Counted from the first letter of the whole stretch, positions 50,901 to 60,311 are shown. The stretch is 63,902 bases of DNA, filler included, from Chiloscyllium plagiosum (GCF_004010195.1; 4 parts of one record of this genome joined end to end with filler, not necessarily neighbours in it); one strand, 5' to 3'. Notes: generated by a model from the letters alone, not told the origin. Made by a program: numbers and translations.

Positions 50901-51504
50901 ATTACCTATTAGATTTAGTCATAGAATTATAGAGATGTACAGTACAGATATAGATCCTTTGGTTCAACTTTTCCATGCCAACCAGATTTCCTAAATTAAC
51001 CCAGTCTCAATTTCCAGCACTTGGCCCATTAAAAAAAAACTAAAATATTCCCAATGACTTCTGTTTTTGAACTATTTGATTAGGTAAGGGGTACAAACCA
51101 AAGAGAGCAAATTGAGCCCCAGCAAGTTCTGATTGAATGATAGAACAAACTGGAGGGACTAGGTGGCTTGTTCCTATGCTTTTTTTTATTGAGACTAACT
51201 CGCTGTGAATAAGCTGCCAGAGCCACGATCGATTGCAACCTCCTTACTGGGCCTCTGGAGCTGTTCACTGCCTTTAGAGTTCGTATTGCTCAGCTTCCCC
51301 AAAGGGACTTACAATTATTTGCAGTTTACAATTGAAGGCAGGGCTAGAGGTGATTAAAAGCTGCGCAATTACCTCCAGACAGGCCTCTTTGACGGATTGA
51401 ATGATTTTGTATCTGAGTTCACAAAGCTTCTTCAGCGCATAGTTACACTGTTCAGATTGGATTTCAGCAAACTCCTCACATGAATAGGTATTCGTTCCAT
51501 CCAA
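5969..51504 (-). CDS. DNAH14: Multi-exon axonemal dynein heavy chain gene (DNAH14-like), partial; span of the 11 exons found, gene continues beyond both ends
   Basis: 11 GT-AG exons. AAA2 motif WIIMDGPVDTVWVENLNTVLDDTRTLCLSNGERI...FEVDSLSQASPATISRCAMVYM|DPVDLGWRPYV. DDTRTLCL, FFKFLKLVDYLFQEL and DFMSRNGGFG resemble DNAH14 as I recall it, rather than DNAH6 (DDNKMLCL). Confidence 0.85.
6350..9250 (-). mobile_element. CR1 LINE, decayed (APE endonuclease, RT, 3' tail)
   Basis: ORF fragments PQGSVLGP, SKFADNTKIG, HLEYC, KSPGLDGLQPRVLKE, SDHNMIEF. Confidence 0.9.
9340..10115 (-). mobile_element. Older CR1 fragment
   Basis: ELIMGNQEMTEELNKYFPSLFT, typical of the CR1 ORF2 tether region. Confidence 0.7.
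10146..10366 (-). CDS. DNAH14: DNAH14-like exon, AAA2 (Walker B / sensor region), phase 1-0
   Basis: ttttgttcttccag|ATGTTA...TACATG|gtaaga; 221 nt; WRWIIMDGPVDTVWVENLNTVLDDTRTLCLSNGERIRLPRGMRLLFEVDSLSQASPATISRCAMVYM. Confidence 0.95.
11281..12190 (-). mobile_element. CR1 LINE 3' fragment with (catagagt)n-type tail
   Basis: ORFs 11359-11769 (LERVQKRFTRMLPG...FFTQRV) and 11860-12159. Confidence 0.9.
12617..12644 (-). ncRNA. Minimal hammerhead ribozyme core (PLE-type)
   Basis: Reverse complement CTGATGA-A-GGGC-TTTT-GCCC-GAAA-TGTT. Confidence 0.6.
12727..12755 (+). ncRNA. Minimal hammerhead ribozyme core (PLE-type)
   Basis: CTGATGA-C-GGGC-TTTTT-GCCC-GAAA-TGTT. Confidence 0.6.
13472..13690. mobile_element. 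Tc1/mariner-pogo (Tigger-like) MITE
   Basis: TA flanks on both sides; TIRs CAGTCGGTTCTGCTAGAAC / GTTATCTCAGAACCACTG; 219 bp, no ORF. Confidence 0.75.
14280..15260 (+). mobile_element. Old CR1 ORF2 fragment (APE region)
   Basis: Degenerate endonuclease-region sequence and EELNEYFASVFTKE motif at ~15060-15100. Confidence 0.6.
15300..15565 (-). mobile_element. HE1-type SINE
   Basis: Reverse of the tRNA head (ggttaacactgctgcctcacagcaccagggtcccaggatcgattc) plus body. Confidence 0.8.
16040..16900 (+). mobile_element. Old CR1 RT fragment
   Basis: cagggatcagtgcttggaccc (QGSVLGP), tttgcagatggcacaaag, cacctggagtattgtgtgcagttttgg. Confidence 0.8.
18052..18085 (-). ncRNA. Hammerhead ribozyme core, left arm
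   Basis: Reverse complement CTGATGA-T-GTCGCCT-AGCC-AGGGGAC-GAAA-CGTT. Confidence 0.6.
18582..18615 (+). ncRNA. Hammerhead ribozyme core, right arm
   Basis: gca-CTGATGA-T-GTCACCT-AGAC-AGGGGAC-GAAA-CGTT-tgc; short stem I GCA/TGC. Confidence 0.6.
18854..18953. other. Artificial scaffold linker (44 N + TTAATTAATTAA + 44 N)
   Basis: Identical 100-nt layout also at 42584-42683 and 57111-57210; core gives stops in all six frames. Confidence 0.95.
19006..19339 (+). repeat. Perfect 167-bp tandem duplication
   Basis: 19006-19172 matches 19173-19339 (ttggaccgaagggtc...aaagactgat). Confidence 0.9.
19624..19965 (-). mobile_element. Full-length HE1-type SINE with duplicated 5' head
   Basis: (ttaga)n tail at 19625; tgccaccgtgccg repeated twice at ~19928-19960. 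Confidence 0.85.
20021..20362 (-). CDS. DNAH14: DNAH14-like exon, phase 0-0, stem just upstream of the linker
   Basis: tttatttctag|GTCATT...TATAAG|gtaact; 342 nt; VIADAIQRLDKEPDTIDLFGEHLMFL...VPVPPEELALYQILIPSFQNLKSS...LLQVKYK. Confidence 0.9.
20440..21180 (+). mobile_element. Second tRNA-headed SINE family (possibly SacSINE1/DeuSINE-like) carrying two nested PLE-derived inserts
   Basis: Head ggcctagcagtatggtcactggattagtaat, core tgtcctgcagggaaggaaacctg, tail tgctggcccagccaacgacacccacat shared with the LINE at 2770-4760; nested inserts ~20565-20770 and 20977-21121 (TSD aatgcacaataa). Confidence 0.55.
21945..22130. mobile_element. Fold-back Penelope-derived miniature element (degenerate hammerhead)
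   Basis: agtcaagagtgtggtgctggaaagcacagcag ... ctgctgtgcttttccagcaccacactctcgact. Confidence 0.7.
22150..22865 (+). mobile_element. CR1 3' fragment
   Basis: RT C-terminal region and 3' tail ggactgaagggtctgtttcc...tatgactcta. Confidence 0.8.
23066..23300. mobile_element. Fold-back Penelope-derived miniature element
   Basis: TSD agatagcag at 23057-23065 and 23301-23309; ~80-bp inverted arms; degenerate core tTGATGA-agggctctggcct-GAAA-cgtc. Confidence 0.8.
24850..25875 (+). mobile_element. CR1 fragments (RT C-terminus and 3' tail)
   Basis: ORFs 25110-25385 and 25401-25682 (ERVQRRFTRMLPG, RGDLIEVYK). Confidence 0.85.
26465..26812 (-). CDS. DNAH14: DNAH14-like exon, phase 0-0
   Basis: cccttgaattctag|CTTGTT...ATGGCT|gtgagt; 348 nt; LVELNNLINAALVHVRTYSQSFDRFCIMVEQA...AHKKNLGLMA. 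Confidence 0.88.
26897..26942 (+). repeat. (GA)n-rich microsatellite
   Basis: gagagagagtgggagaaagagagagagaaagagagagagaga. Confidence 0.85.
27189..27342 (+). mobile_element. Short LTR-like repeat (internally deleted copy)
   Basis: Starts TGTAAT; has caatcaggg, gatataaata and aataaa; homologous to the minus-strand copy at 30320-31006. Confidence 0.55.
27901..28073 (-). CDS. DNAH14: DNAH14-like exon, phase 1-0 (not in ORF track)
   Basis: tttttgtaatcttag|GCAAG...AACCAA|gtaaga; 173 nt; KLIAFIDEPRLSMFNSQSLYELKLSDERELETKRSKKKKLLLNPDRLFGQDPHYQNQ. Confidence 0.82.
28874..29854. mobile_element. Penelope-like element with GIY-YIG remnant and inverted terminal copies
   Basis: TSD tttaaattaaag at 28862-28873 and 29855-29866; ORF 29211-29438 LIYCVGCFRCGLLYIRE (degenerate GIY-YIG); left part is the reverse complement of the right part; 14-N gap at 29006-29019. 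Confidence 0.8.
30130..30230 (-). CDS. DNAH14: DNAH14-like exon, phase 2-1 (not in ORF track)
   Basis: ctttaaagttatag|GTCAGAA...ACTGTTG|gtaaga; 101 nt; SEYKKPVQFTLSPTSEDLWFHIQSIIGKLEYTV. Confidence 0.75.
30320..31006 (-). mobile_element. LTR-like repeat interrupted by two T-tract-headed inserts at one target site
   Basis: Reverse strand starts TGTAATGAAGTCAG; cacctctttat occurs at 30441, 30567 and 30903. Confidence 0.6.
31321..31645 (-). mobile_element. HE1-type SINE
   Basis: (attag)n tail, body and tRNA-like head on the reverse strand. Confidence 0.85.
33010..34985 (-). mobile_element. CR1 LINE, 5'-truncated, relatively young
   Basis: ORFs 33134-33877 (RPHLEYCVQFW, RGDLI) and 34061-34465 (PGNYRPVSL, CLTNLIEFFE). 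Confidence 0.9.
34990..37380. mobile_element. Cluster of CR1 fragments in both orientations, with an HE1-type SINE at ~35855-36130
   Basis: Several RT C-terminal motifs and 3' tails; SINE head ggcattgtggctcagtggttagc. Confidence 0.75.
37630..37666 (-). CDS. DNAH14: DNAH14-like 37-nt microexon, phase 1-2
   Basis: tttgtttgtttctgcag|AAAGTGACATTGAAATTGAAGACAATGTAGATGACAG|gtaaat; (E)SDIEIEDNVDD(R); bridges the phases of the 41747 and 30230 exons. Confidence 0.65.
39968..40193. mobile_element. Fold-back Penelope-derived miniature element inserted in CR1
   Basis: TSD tatggtcactat at 39956-39967 and 40194-40205; inverted arms centred near 40098. Confidence 0.85.
40104..40131 (+). ncRNA. Hammerhead ribozyme core
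   Basis: CTGAAGA-A-GGGC-TCAT-GCCC-GAAA-TGTC. Confidence 0.6.
41747..41972 (-). CDS. DNAH14: DNAH14-like exon, phase 0-1
   Basis: gtcctgcag|GTAATC...CCAACAG|gtataa; 226 nt; VIKDFEKHTKKKMAPVFIVNMILDIPS...ELECTLDPT. Confidence 0.75.
42150..42852 (-). mobile_element. CR1 LINE split by a scaffold linker
   Basis: (tagacaa)n tail and RT C-terminus left of the gap; APE-region sequence right of the gap, same strand. Confidence 0.8.
42584..42683. other. Artificial scaffold linker
   Basis: 44N-TTAATTAATTAA-44N. Confidence 0.95.
44440..44578 (-). CDS. DNAH14: DNAH14-like exon, phase 2-0, poorly conserved region
   Basis: ccttctactttcag|CACACTG...GACCAG|gtaagc; 139 nt, open frame (S)TLPTHTRAYLGKRLRAM...GMDVDQ; phases match both neighbouring exons. 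Confidence 0.7.
44800..45410 (+). repeat. CAG/GAG-rich low-complexity tract with a 500-N gap (44890-45389)
   Basis: cagcatcagcaacaacacc...gagcagaagcaggag flank; caggaacaggagcaggag after the gap. Confidence 0.7.
46962..47089 (+). mobile_element. 128-bp single-arm PLE-derived insert
   Basis: TSD caccctctat at 46952-46961 and 47090-47099. Confidence 0.8.
46966..46993 (+). ncRNA. Hammerhead ribozyme core, closest to consensus in the window
   Basis: CTGAAGA-A-GGGC-TAAT-GCCC-GAAA-CG-TC, with a GUC triplet. Confidence 0.65.
47504..47705. mobile_element. Fold-back miniature element of a second PLE-derived family
   Basis: TSD tttctcctctgt at 47492-47503 and 47706-47717; arms gtcacacgatgccaggctatagt..cttcatc / gatgaagg..actatagcctggcatcgtgtgac. 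Confidence 0.8.
49904..50160 (-). CDS. DNAH14: DNAH14-like exon, phase 0-2
   Basis: ttcttcctctgcag|AAAGCC...CTGAG|gtgagg; 257 nt; KAKMEGFGNVF...LLTLFFKFLKLVDYLFQELVCRLVKTAVQLLLDAL...RRNEELL. Confidence 0.88.
51373..51504 (-). CDS. DNAH14: DNAH14-like exon, N-terminal stem, phase 0-0
   Basis: tttcactttcag|TTGGAT...CTGGAG|gtaatt; 132 nt; LDGTNTYSCEEFAEIQSEQCNYALKKLCELRYKIIQSVKEACLE. Confidence 0.85.
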
Positions 51505-51579
51505 CTGAAAGTGAAAAACATAAAATTGAAGATAAAAATTCCATGGAATCATGTCAGACAGAGGTCACTCTCTCACATA

Positions 51580-53790
51580 TTAGATACAGCTTGGAGAACA
51601 GATTGTTCGCTATAACCTTTCAACTTTCTCCATCATCCAAAACACATCCACTTCTAAGAAAGTCTTCCCAATTCACTCAGCACTGGGTCCTCAGATTTCT
51701 ATTAATCCAGCTCTCTACCTCCATGTATGTTTCTGTACCACTCGATTTGCTGCTGGACCCTCACCTCCAACTTTGACATTCTAGTCTCCATTAAAACAAT
51801 TACTGTCTCGCAGTTTTGTCATACCCAGTACAGTGCCTGCCTCCACTGGCTGAAGTTTAAGGGACACAGACCTGAACAAAGTGGCAGACAATGCTATGGT
51901 TATTTCCTGCTGCATTAGGATAGATCACATAAAGCTTGATCAGGCCCTGTTCCCATTTCAGAATGGTGCTCACCACTCCACAATCAGCCTGGATGTAAAG
52001 TGTACCCTTGGCAAGATTCTCCCATGGCAGGCTGCCTTCTTAATCCTCTCCACTATCACCTCCAAGAACAAATGTGAGGAGCTTATGGTTCTTTTTCTTA
52101 GCAAGATTGAGACAATCCAATCACTTCCATTCCTCCCCCGAGTCCACAATCATCCCCTAAAGTTTCTAGGCCTGAACTTGTTTCCTTCTTCTGTTTCTTT
52201 CCTATCTCTCTTCATCCCTCTACAAGCTTGTCTAGCCCATTGTTGCTGATCCTTTCTTCCCTACTTCTAATAGACTACTGACAACTTCCTGGTTCTCATG
52301 CTAATTGACAATCGTCCTATCCTCATATTCTGTCCCTTTCTCCTTCAAATCTGCCATCATCACCTCTCAAATAAACTGACTCCTGATCCCACCATCCTTG
52401 CAAACTACTGGCCTGTCTCCAATGTCCCTTTTCTCACCAAAGTCAAAAAATGTGCTGTCCCTTCCTATCTTTTCATTGAATTATAGTTTCCTTACAGTGT
52501 GGAATCAGACTACTTGGCCCATCAAGTTCACACTGACCCTTTGAAGAGTATCTCTCCTACACCAACTTCACTACGCTATCCCTGTAATCCTGCAATTCCC
52601 GTGGCTAACCACTCTAACCTGCACATCTTTGGATTTTGGGAGGAAACCTAAAGGAAACCAATGCAGACATGGGGAGAGTGTACAAACTCCACACAGACAG
52701 TTGCCTGAGGCTGGAATTGAATCCAGGTCCCTGGTGCTGTGAAGTAGCAGTGCTAGCCACTGAGCCACTGCACCGCCACTTCCAGGTTTAAATCCCTCCA
52801 ATCAGGTTTTTATCCACATTACCATATGGAGCTAGCCCTTACCGAGGTCACAAAGAGCATTTGTCCTTTGAAACTTTGACACAGTTCATTGCACAATTCT
52901 CCAACGTTTCTCTACTGTCACCCAGCTGGGTGGGACAGCACCCACCTGGTTCTAAATATTCATGTGCAGTCAGAGAATGGCTGTTCATAGACTCTCTCCC
53001 TGATGTTGAACATGACCTCGGTTGGCCTACAGCCCCCTCCTATTGTATGCTGCTGGTCAGTGGAGTCACCCAAAAAGCATGTCAGTTTTCACATGTATGC
53101 AGCATCTAGGCTGACCTCACCACATTCTCTCTTGACCCCTCTACTACCCTAAATGGATGGACTGCTTATTGCAACAATTACAATACAAGCAGAAAGTTAC
53201 TCCACTTAAATATTTTTAGTTAAAAATCACACAACACCAGGTTTTAGTCCAACAGGTTTATTTGGAAGCACTTGCTTTTGGAGTGCTGCTCCTTCATTGG
53301 GTGGTTGTACCCCAGTCCAACACCAGCACCTCCAAATCACTTAAATATATAGAAAACTGAAGCCACTGTTTTCGTTTCTCAATATAAACTCCGCATTTTA
53401 GAGACTGACACCATTCCTCTCTCTGACAATGAACTGTCTCAGGCTGAACCAGACAATTTACGACATCAGTGTCATGCTTGAACCTTGTTAAAAATCACAC
53501 AACACCAGGTTATAGTCCAACAGGTTTAATTGGAAACACTAGCTTTTGGAGCACCGCTCCTTCATCAGGTGTTTGTGCTTGAACCTGAGATACATTTTCA
53601 AGAGAGATACCTCTGTTACATGCCCAAGTACTTGCCTCATTTTTTCCTCTGCTGAAACATGCCTCATGCCTTGGCTACCTCTAGACTTGACTATTCCAAT
53701 GAAGTCCTGGTCAACCTCCCACATTCTAGAGTCCAGAAACCTGAAGTTACCCAAGTTTTCTTGTGTTTTAACTAACACCTTGCTAATACA
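51580..53790 (+). mobile_element. L2-type LINE remnant with nested HE1 SINE (~52480-52775, -) and two PLE-derived inserts (53214-53337, 53486-53575)
   Basis: KLTPDPTILANYWPVSNVPFLTKV (L2 KPxLDPxxLxNYRPISNLPF motif); TSDs cacttaaatat and tgcttgaacct around the inserts. Confidence 0.7.
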
Positions 53791-54119
53791 AGCCACTTAG
53801 CAAAGGACTTATGGGTGAACAAGACAAGGATACGGGGAGCAGAATCTTGGATGAACTTGAGGTCATGGGGGGATGAAAAGTGGGAGCTGAGCACTGGAAT
53901 GCTACGGTTTTGAAATAACAAAAGCTTAGATGATTATTTCAACAGCAGATGTGTTGAAGGAGGAGTGGAAATAGACAATAATGGGAGATGGATGTCGGTG
54001 GTCATGGTGATGGACAGAACATGGGACCACAAGCTCAGGTGGAAAAGGTGGATCGCCAGCTCTTCATGTGGACTGAAGAAGGAGGCATGGCAGTTTAGGG
54101 TGGGGAAGGAAAGTATCTA

Positions 54120-55545
54120 TAGGAATAGTGCCAGAAGACTAGAGGATAGCAAATGTTGTCCTCTAGTTCAAGAAGGGGAGTAGAGACAACCCTGCAAATT
54201 ATAGACGTTTGAGCCTTACTTCGGTTGTGGATAAAGTGTTGGAAAGGGTTATAAGAGATAGGATTTAATAACCATCTAAAGAGGAATAAGTTGATTAGGG
54301 ACAGTCAACATGGTTTTGTGAAGGGTAAGTCGTGCCTCACAAACCTTATTGAGTTTTTTGAGAAAGTGACCTAATAGGTAGATGATGGTAAAGCGGTTGA
54401 TGTGGTGTACAGGGATTTCTGTAAGGTGTTTGATAAGGTTCCCCATGGTAAGTTATTGCACAAAATACGGAGGCATGGGATTGAGGGTGATTTAGTGGTT
54501 TGGATCTGAAATTGGCGAGCTGAAAGAAGACAGACGGTGGTGGTTGATGGAAAATGTTCATCCTGGAATTCAGTTACTGTTGGGGTACCACAAGGATCTG
54601 TTTTGGGTCCACTGTTGTTTGTCATTTTTATAAATGACCCAGATGAGGGCAGAGAAGGATGGATTAGTAAATTTGTGGATAGTGACAAAGGATGTTGTAG
54701 GTTACAGAGAGACAGAGATAAGCTGCAGAGCTGGGCTGAGAGGTGGCAAATGGAGTTTAATGCGGAGAAGTGTGAGGTGATTCGCTTTGGAAGGAGTAAC
54801 TTAAATGCAGGGTACTGGGCTAATGATAAGATTGTTGGCAGTGTAGATGAGCAGAGAGATCTCAATGTCCAGGTACTTGAAAGATCCTTGAAAGTTGCCA
54901 CCCAGGTTGATAGGGCTGTTAAGAAGGCATATGGTGTGTTAGCTTTTATTGTTAGAGAGATTGACTTACAGAACCAGGAGGTTATGCTGCAGTTGTACGA
55001 AACTCTAGTGCACCAACATTTGGAGTATTGTATACAGTTCTGGTCACCGCATTATAGAAAGGTGTGGAAACTTTGGAAAGGGTTCAGAGGAGATATACTA
55101 AGATGTTGCCTGGTATGGAGGGAAGGCCTTAAAAGGAAAGGCTGAGGGACTTGAGGTTGTTTTCATTAGAGTGAAGAAGATTGAGAGGTGACTTAATTGA
55201 GATAAATAAGATAATCAGAGGGTTAGACAGGTTGAACGGTGAGAGCTTTTTTCCTTGGATGGTGATGTCTAGCACGAGAGGACATAGCTTTAAATTGAGG
55301 GGTGACAGGTATAAGTCAGATGTCAGAGGTAGTTTCTTTACTCAGAGAGTAGTAGGGGCGAGGAATGCACTGCCTGCAACAGTAGTAGACTTGCCAACTT
55401 TAAGGGCATTTAAATGGGCATTGGATAGACATATGGACAAGAATGGAATAGCGTAGGTTATATGGGCTCCAGATTGGTTCCTTCGGTCGGCGCAATATCA
55501 AGGGCTGAAAGGCCTATACTGCACTGTGATGTTCTATGTTCTATG
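54120..55545 (+). mobile_element. CR1 LINE RT and 3' end with (gttctat)n tail
   Basis: ORF 54537-55145 GVPQGSVLGPLLFVIFIND...HLEYCIQFWSPHY; ORF 55181-55456. Confidence 0.9.
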
Positions 55546-55779
55546 GAATGCCATGGAGATCAACCGTCTGTGTGACTGTTGGTGAACGGAGGTGAAAGGA
55601 TACACCAGGCCAGTCTTCTGGTGTGTCAGTTTGAGTATTGACTAAATTTTACATCCATGACATTTCCTGTAAATAGAAATGTTTCCACAATTGTTCTTTC
55701 TTCCCTCAGTACAATTTTCTGAAGTAGTCCGCTTGAGAAGAATGATCAAGTCAATAAAATAACTACTGTGCAGTGAGCT

Positions 55780-56290
55780 GTTAAGGGTGTTATATTAGTA
55801 TTTTTCCAATCCATTGGAACCTTTCCCTCAACTAGCAAACTTTGGAATATTATGACCAATGGATCCATTATCTCTGCGGCCACATCCTTTAAAATCCTAG
55901 GATGTAGGCCATCAGGCCCTGGGGACTTGTCTGTCTTCAATCCCAATAGATTGTTCAGTAATTTTACCCCAACCACTGCACCACCTGTTACTTTTGCGAG
56001 GGTAATAATGGCTTCCATCATTAATACTGTTACAACATATAATGTGACATCTCTGCCATGTATGTATTCCTCAATATTAATTGCCCAGTCTCATTTTCAA
56101 ATGGGCCAATATTTATTTCTCTTCCTTTCCTTACAGAAGTTTTGCTATCTATTTTTATATTTGTTTCTTATCTGTTTTTCTTTAATTATTTACCTTTGCT
56201 CTTTTTATTACCTTTTTTGAAATTCTTTGTTGAACCTTAACAGTTTCTTCCAGCCTACCACTCATCTTTGCAATATGGTATGTCTTAGTG
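55780..56290 (-). mobile_element. Old CR1 fragment
   Basis: KSPGPDGLHPRILKD...WKNTNITPL. Confidence 0.75.
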
Positions 56291-56299
56291 TTGTATTTA

Positions 56300-57950
56300 T
56301 AGAGTCATAGAGTCATAGAAATGTACAGCATAGAAACAGACCCTTCGGTCCAACCCGTCCATGCCGACCAGATATCCCAACCCAATCTAGTCCCACCTGC
56401 CAGCATCCAGCACATAACCCTCCAAACCCTTCCTATTCATATACCCATCCAAATGCCTCTTAAATGTTGCAATTGTATCAGCCTCCACCACATCCTTTGG
56501 CAGCTCAATCCATACACATATCACCTTCTGCGTGAAAAAGTTGTCCCTTAGGTCTCTTTTATATCTTTCCCCCTCACCCTAAACTTATGCCCATAGTTCT
56601 GGACTCCCCAACCCAGAGAAAAGACTTTGTCTATTTATTCTATCCATGCCCCTCATAATTTTATAAACCTCTGTAAGGTCACCCCTCAGCCTCCGACGCT
56701 CCAGGGAAAACAGCCCCAGCTTGTCAGCCTCTCCCTGTAGCTCAGATCCTCCAACCTTGGAAACATCCTTGTAAATCTTTTCTGAATTTTCAAGTTTCAC
56801 AACATCTTTCCGATAGGAAGGAGACCAGAATTGCATGCAATATTCCATCAGTGGCCTAACCAATGTCCTGTACAGCCTCAACATGATCTCCCAACTCCTG
56901 TACTCAATACTCTGACCAATAAAGGAAAGCATACCAAACGCCTTCTTCACTATCCTATCTACCTGCGACTCCAATTTCAAGGAGCTATGAACCTGCACTC
57001 CAAGGTCACTTTGTTCAGCAACATTCCCTAGGACCTTACCATTAAGTGTATAAGTCCTGCTAAGATTTGCTTTCTCAAAATGCAGCACCTCGCATTTATC
57101 TGAATTAAACNNNNNNNNNNNNNNNNNNNNNNNNNNNNNNNNNNNNNNNNNNNNTTAATTAATTAANNNNNNNNNNNNNNNNNNNNNNNNNNNNNNNNNN
57201 NNNNNNNNNNGCTCTGTGCCAGAGACCTGGGCCCCACTGCATACCCCTGGAAAGTTGTCCCCCTCAACAGTATCCAAAACTTGTTTTTCAGGGGAACAAC
57301 CACAGGGGATCCCTCCACTGACTGTTTTTTCTCCCTTCGAACAGTCGCCCAGTTTTTCTCTTGCCCAGGAGTAACTACTTCCCTGTAACTCCTATCTGTC
57401 ACAGCCTCTGCCCCCCGAATGATCCGAAGTTCATCCAGCTCCCGGTCCAGTTCCCTAACACAGTCTTGGAGGAGCGCGAGTTGGGTGCACTTCCTGCAGA
57501 TGTACTTGGATGGGACACTATTGGTGTCCCTGACCTCAAACATCCTGCAGGAGGAACATTGCTCTCCCTGCACTGCCATCCCTGTTAGTCCCCTTATCAG
57601 AAAGTAAAAAAGAAGAGATGCTTACCTGATGTGTTCCTGGTCTTTAAGGTTAGAGGAGGTGGGAGGCCCTACAAAGGTGGGGTCTTGGGTTTAGAAAACA
57701 CTGACTTATGTAGCTTGATGGAAAAAAAGGTCCCTCTTCCCCAGAAACCTCTGCTCTCTGATTTCAAATATAAAAGCTCAAATCAGTGACTCACCGCTCC
57801 CGGCAGACCCCTGGTCCAAGCTCCCACCCTTCGAGTTGCTGCTGCCGCTGAAAAACAGAAATGGAGGACTCCCGCGCTCGAGGTAAGTTTTTAAAGATTC
57901 AAATCAGTGACTGACCTCTCCCGGCAGGCCCCTGGTCCAAACTCCCGCCT
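56300..57950 (-). mobile_element. CR1 3' end (56300-57110) and CR1 ORF1 plus 5' UTR (57211-57950) on either side of a linker
   Basis: (agagtcat)n tail; ORF 56585-57088 RT C-terminus; ORF1 MAVQGEQCSSCRMF...ICRKCTQLALLQDCVRELDRELDEL (zinc finger / leucine zipper). Confidence 0.85.
57111..57210. other. Artificial scaffold linker
   Basis: 44N-TTAATTAATTAA-44N. Confidence 0.95.
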
Positions 57951-58354
57951 AGAAAATTAGGGAAGTAAACACATGGCTAAGAGATTGGTGTGGGAAAGAG
58001 GGATTCCATTTCATGGGACATTGGCGTCAGTTTTGGAACCGGGGGTGGGTGGCATCTGTACCAATGGGACGGTCTCCACCTGAACCGATCAGGTACCAAT
58101 GTTCTAGCGAAGAGGTTAAATAGGGTGGTCACTAGGACTTTAAACTTGTGAGTTGGGGGGGCGAAGGGAAAGCAAAAGCAACAGGGAGTATGCAGTTAAG
58201 TAGATAAGCAGCAGGTTAGCGTGTGTGCAGGGTTTAAGTTTGAGGCAGATGAAGAATGAAGCAAAAAGAAAGGATAACTTAGGACATATTACTAAAGATG
58301 ATGGAAATCATGAGGATAAGAAAATTAGCATTAAGGTGCTATTCAAGAATAAAA

Positions 58355-60120
58355 AACAAAGAAAATTTACAGCCCAGGAACAGGCCTTTCGGCCCTCCAA
58401 GCCTGAGCCGATCCAAATCCAACGTCTATATCTGTTGCCCAAATCCTAAGCATCTGTATCCCTCTGCTCCCCACCTACTCATGCACCTGTCCAGACGCAT
58501 CTTAAATGAATCTACCCTGCCTGCCTCTACTAGCTCTGTTGGCAACGCTTTCCAGGCACCTACCACCCTCTGTGTAAAGTACTTGCCGCAAGTATCCCCC
58601 TTAAACTTTTCACCTCTCACCATGAAAGCGTAATCTCTTGTTACTGAATCCTTCACCCTGGGAAAAAGCTTATCTCTATCTATCCTTCATGATTTTTTTG
58701 GACCGCAATCAGGTCCCCCCTCAATCTCCTTTTTTCTAATGAAAACAAACCTTACCTACTCAACCTCTCCTCACAGCTTGCTCCTTCCATACCAGGCAAC
58801 ATCCTTGTAAACCTTCTCTGCACCCTCTCCAAAGCGTCCACATCGTTTTCGTAATGTGGTGACCAGAACTGTACACAGTATTCTAAATGCGGCCGAACCA
58901 ATGCCTTATACAATTTTAACATGACCTGCCAGCTCTTATACTCAATACCCTGTCTGATAAAGGCAAGCATACCATATGCCTTCTTGACCACTCTATCCAC
59001 CTGTGCAGCAACCTTCAGGGTACAATGGACCTGAACTCCCAGATCTCTCTGCTCATCAACTTTTCCCAAGGCTCTTCCGTTTACTGTATAATTTGCTCTA
59101 GAATTAGACTTCCCAAAATGCATCACCTCACATTTGTCTGTATTGAACTCCATCTGCCACTTTGCCGCCCAACTCTCCAATCTATCTATATCCTCCTGTA
59201 TTCTCTGACAGTTCCCTATGCTTTCTGCTACTCCACCAATCTTCGTGTCATCTGCAAACTTGCAGATCATACAAACAGTGCCCTCTTCCAGATCATTTAT
59301 GTATATTACAAACAACAGTGGCCCCGGCACTGATCACTGTGGAACACCACTGGTCACCTTTCTCCATTTTGAGAAACTCCCTTCAACTACTACTCTCTGT
59401 CTCCTGATGGTCAACCAGTTCTTTATCCACCTCGCTAGAACATCCTGCACACCATGTGACTTCACTTTCTCCATTAGTCTACAATGGGGAACTGGTAAGA
59501 CATGATTTCCCACCCACAAAACCATGTTGCCTATCACCGATAAGCCCATTCTTTTCTAAATATAAATAGATCCTATCCCTCAGTACCTTCTCCAGCAACT
59601 TTCCCACCACCGTCAGGCTCACTGGTCTGTAGTTACCTGGAATATCCCTACTACCCTCCTTGTACAGGGGGACAACATGAGCAACCCTCCAGTCCTCCAG
59701 CATCTCATCTGTGTTTAAGGATGCTACAAAGATATCTGTCAGGGCCTCAGCTATTTCTTCTCTAGCCTCCCTGAACAAGCTGGGATAGATCCCACCCAGT
59801 CCTGGGAATTTGTCCACCTTAATAACCTCTAGCCTACCCAACACATCTTTCCTCCTTATGTCAACGTGATCCAGACTAATCAAACTTCTATCTCTAATCT
59901 CAACATTCATCATGTTCCTCTCCTCAGTGAACACTGACTCAATGTAATCATTCAGAATCTAATCCATTTTCTCAAATTCGACACACAGCCTTCCTTCCTT
60001 ATCCTTTAGTGCACCAATCCTTTCTCTAGTTACCCGCTTGCTTCGTATATAAGAATAAAAGGCTTTGGGATTCTCCTTAATTCTGCTAGCTATAGCTATT
60101 TCATGACCCCTTTTAGCCCG
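58355..60120 (-). mobile_element. CR1 LINE (5'-truncated) nested antisense in another CR1
   Basis: ORFs 58752-59330 (YINDL, FADDTK, HLEYC) and 59479-59934 (PGNYRPVSLT). Confidence 0.9.
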
Positions 60121-60311
60121 AATGCAAAGACGCCCCAGTGAGAAAGTAGATGAATTAACAACACAAGTCATCATAAATGACGGTAGGCATTACAGAGACG
60201 TGGTCGCAGGGGTTTGAGGACTAGTAGTTAAACATCAAAGAATTTACAACTTATCGAAAAGACAGAGAGGTGGGCAAAGGGGGCAGGGTTGCCTTGTTAG
60301 TTAAGACTAAC

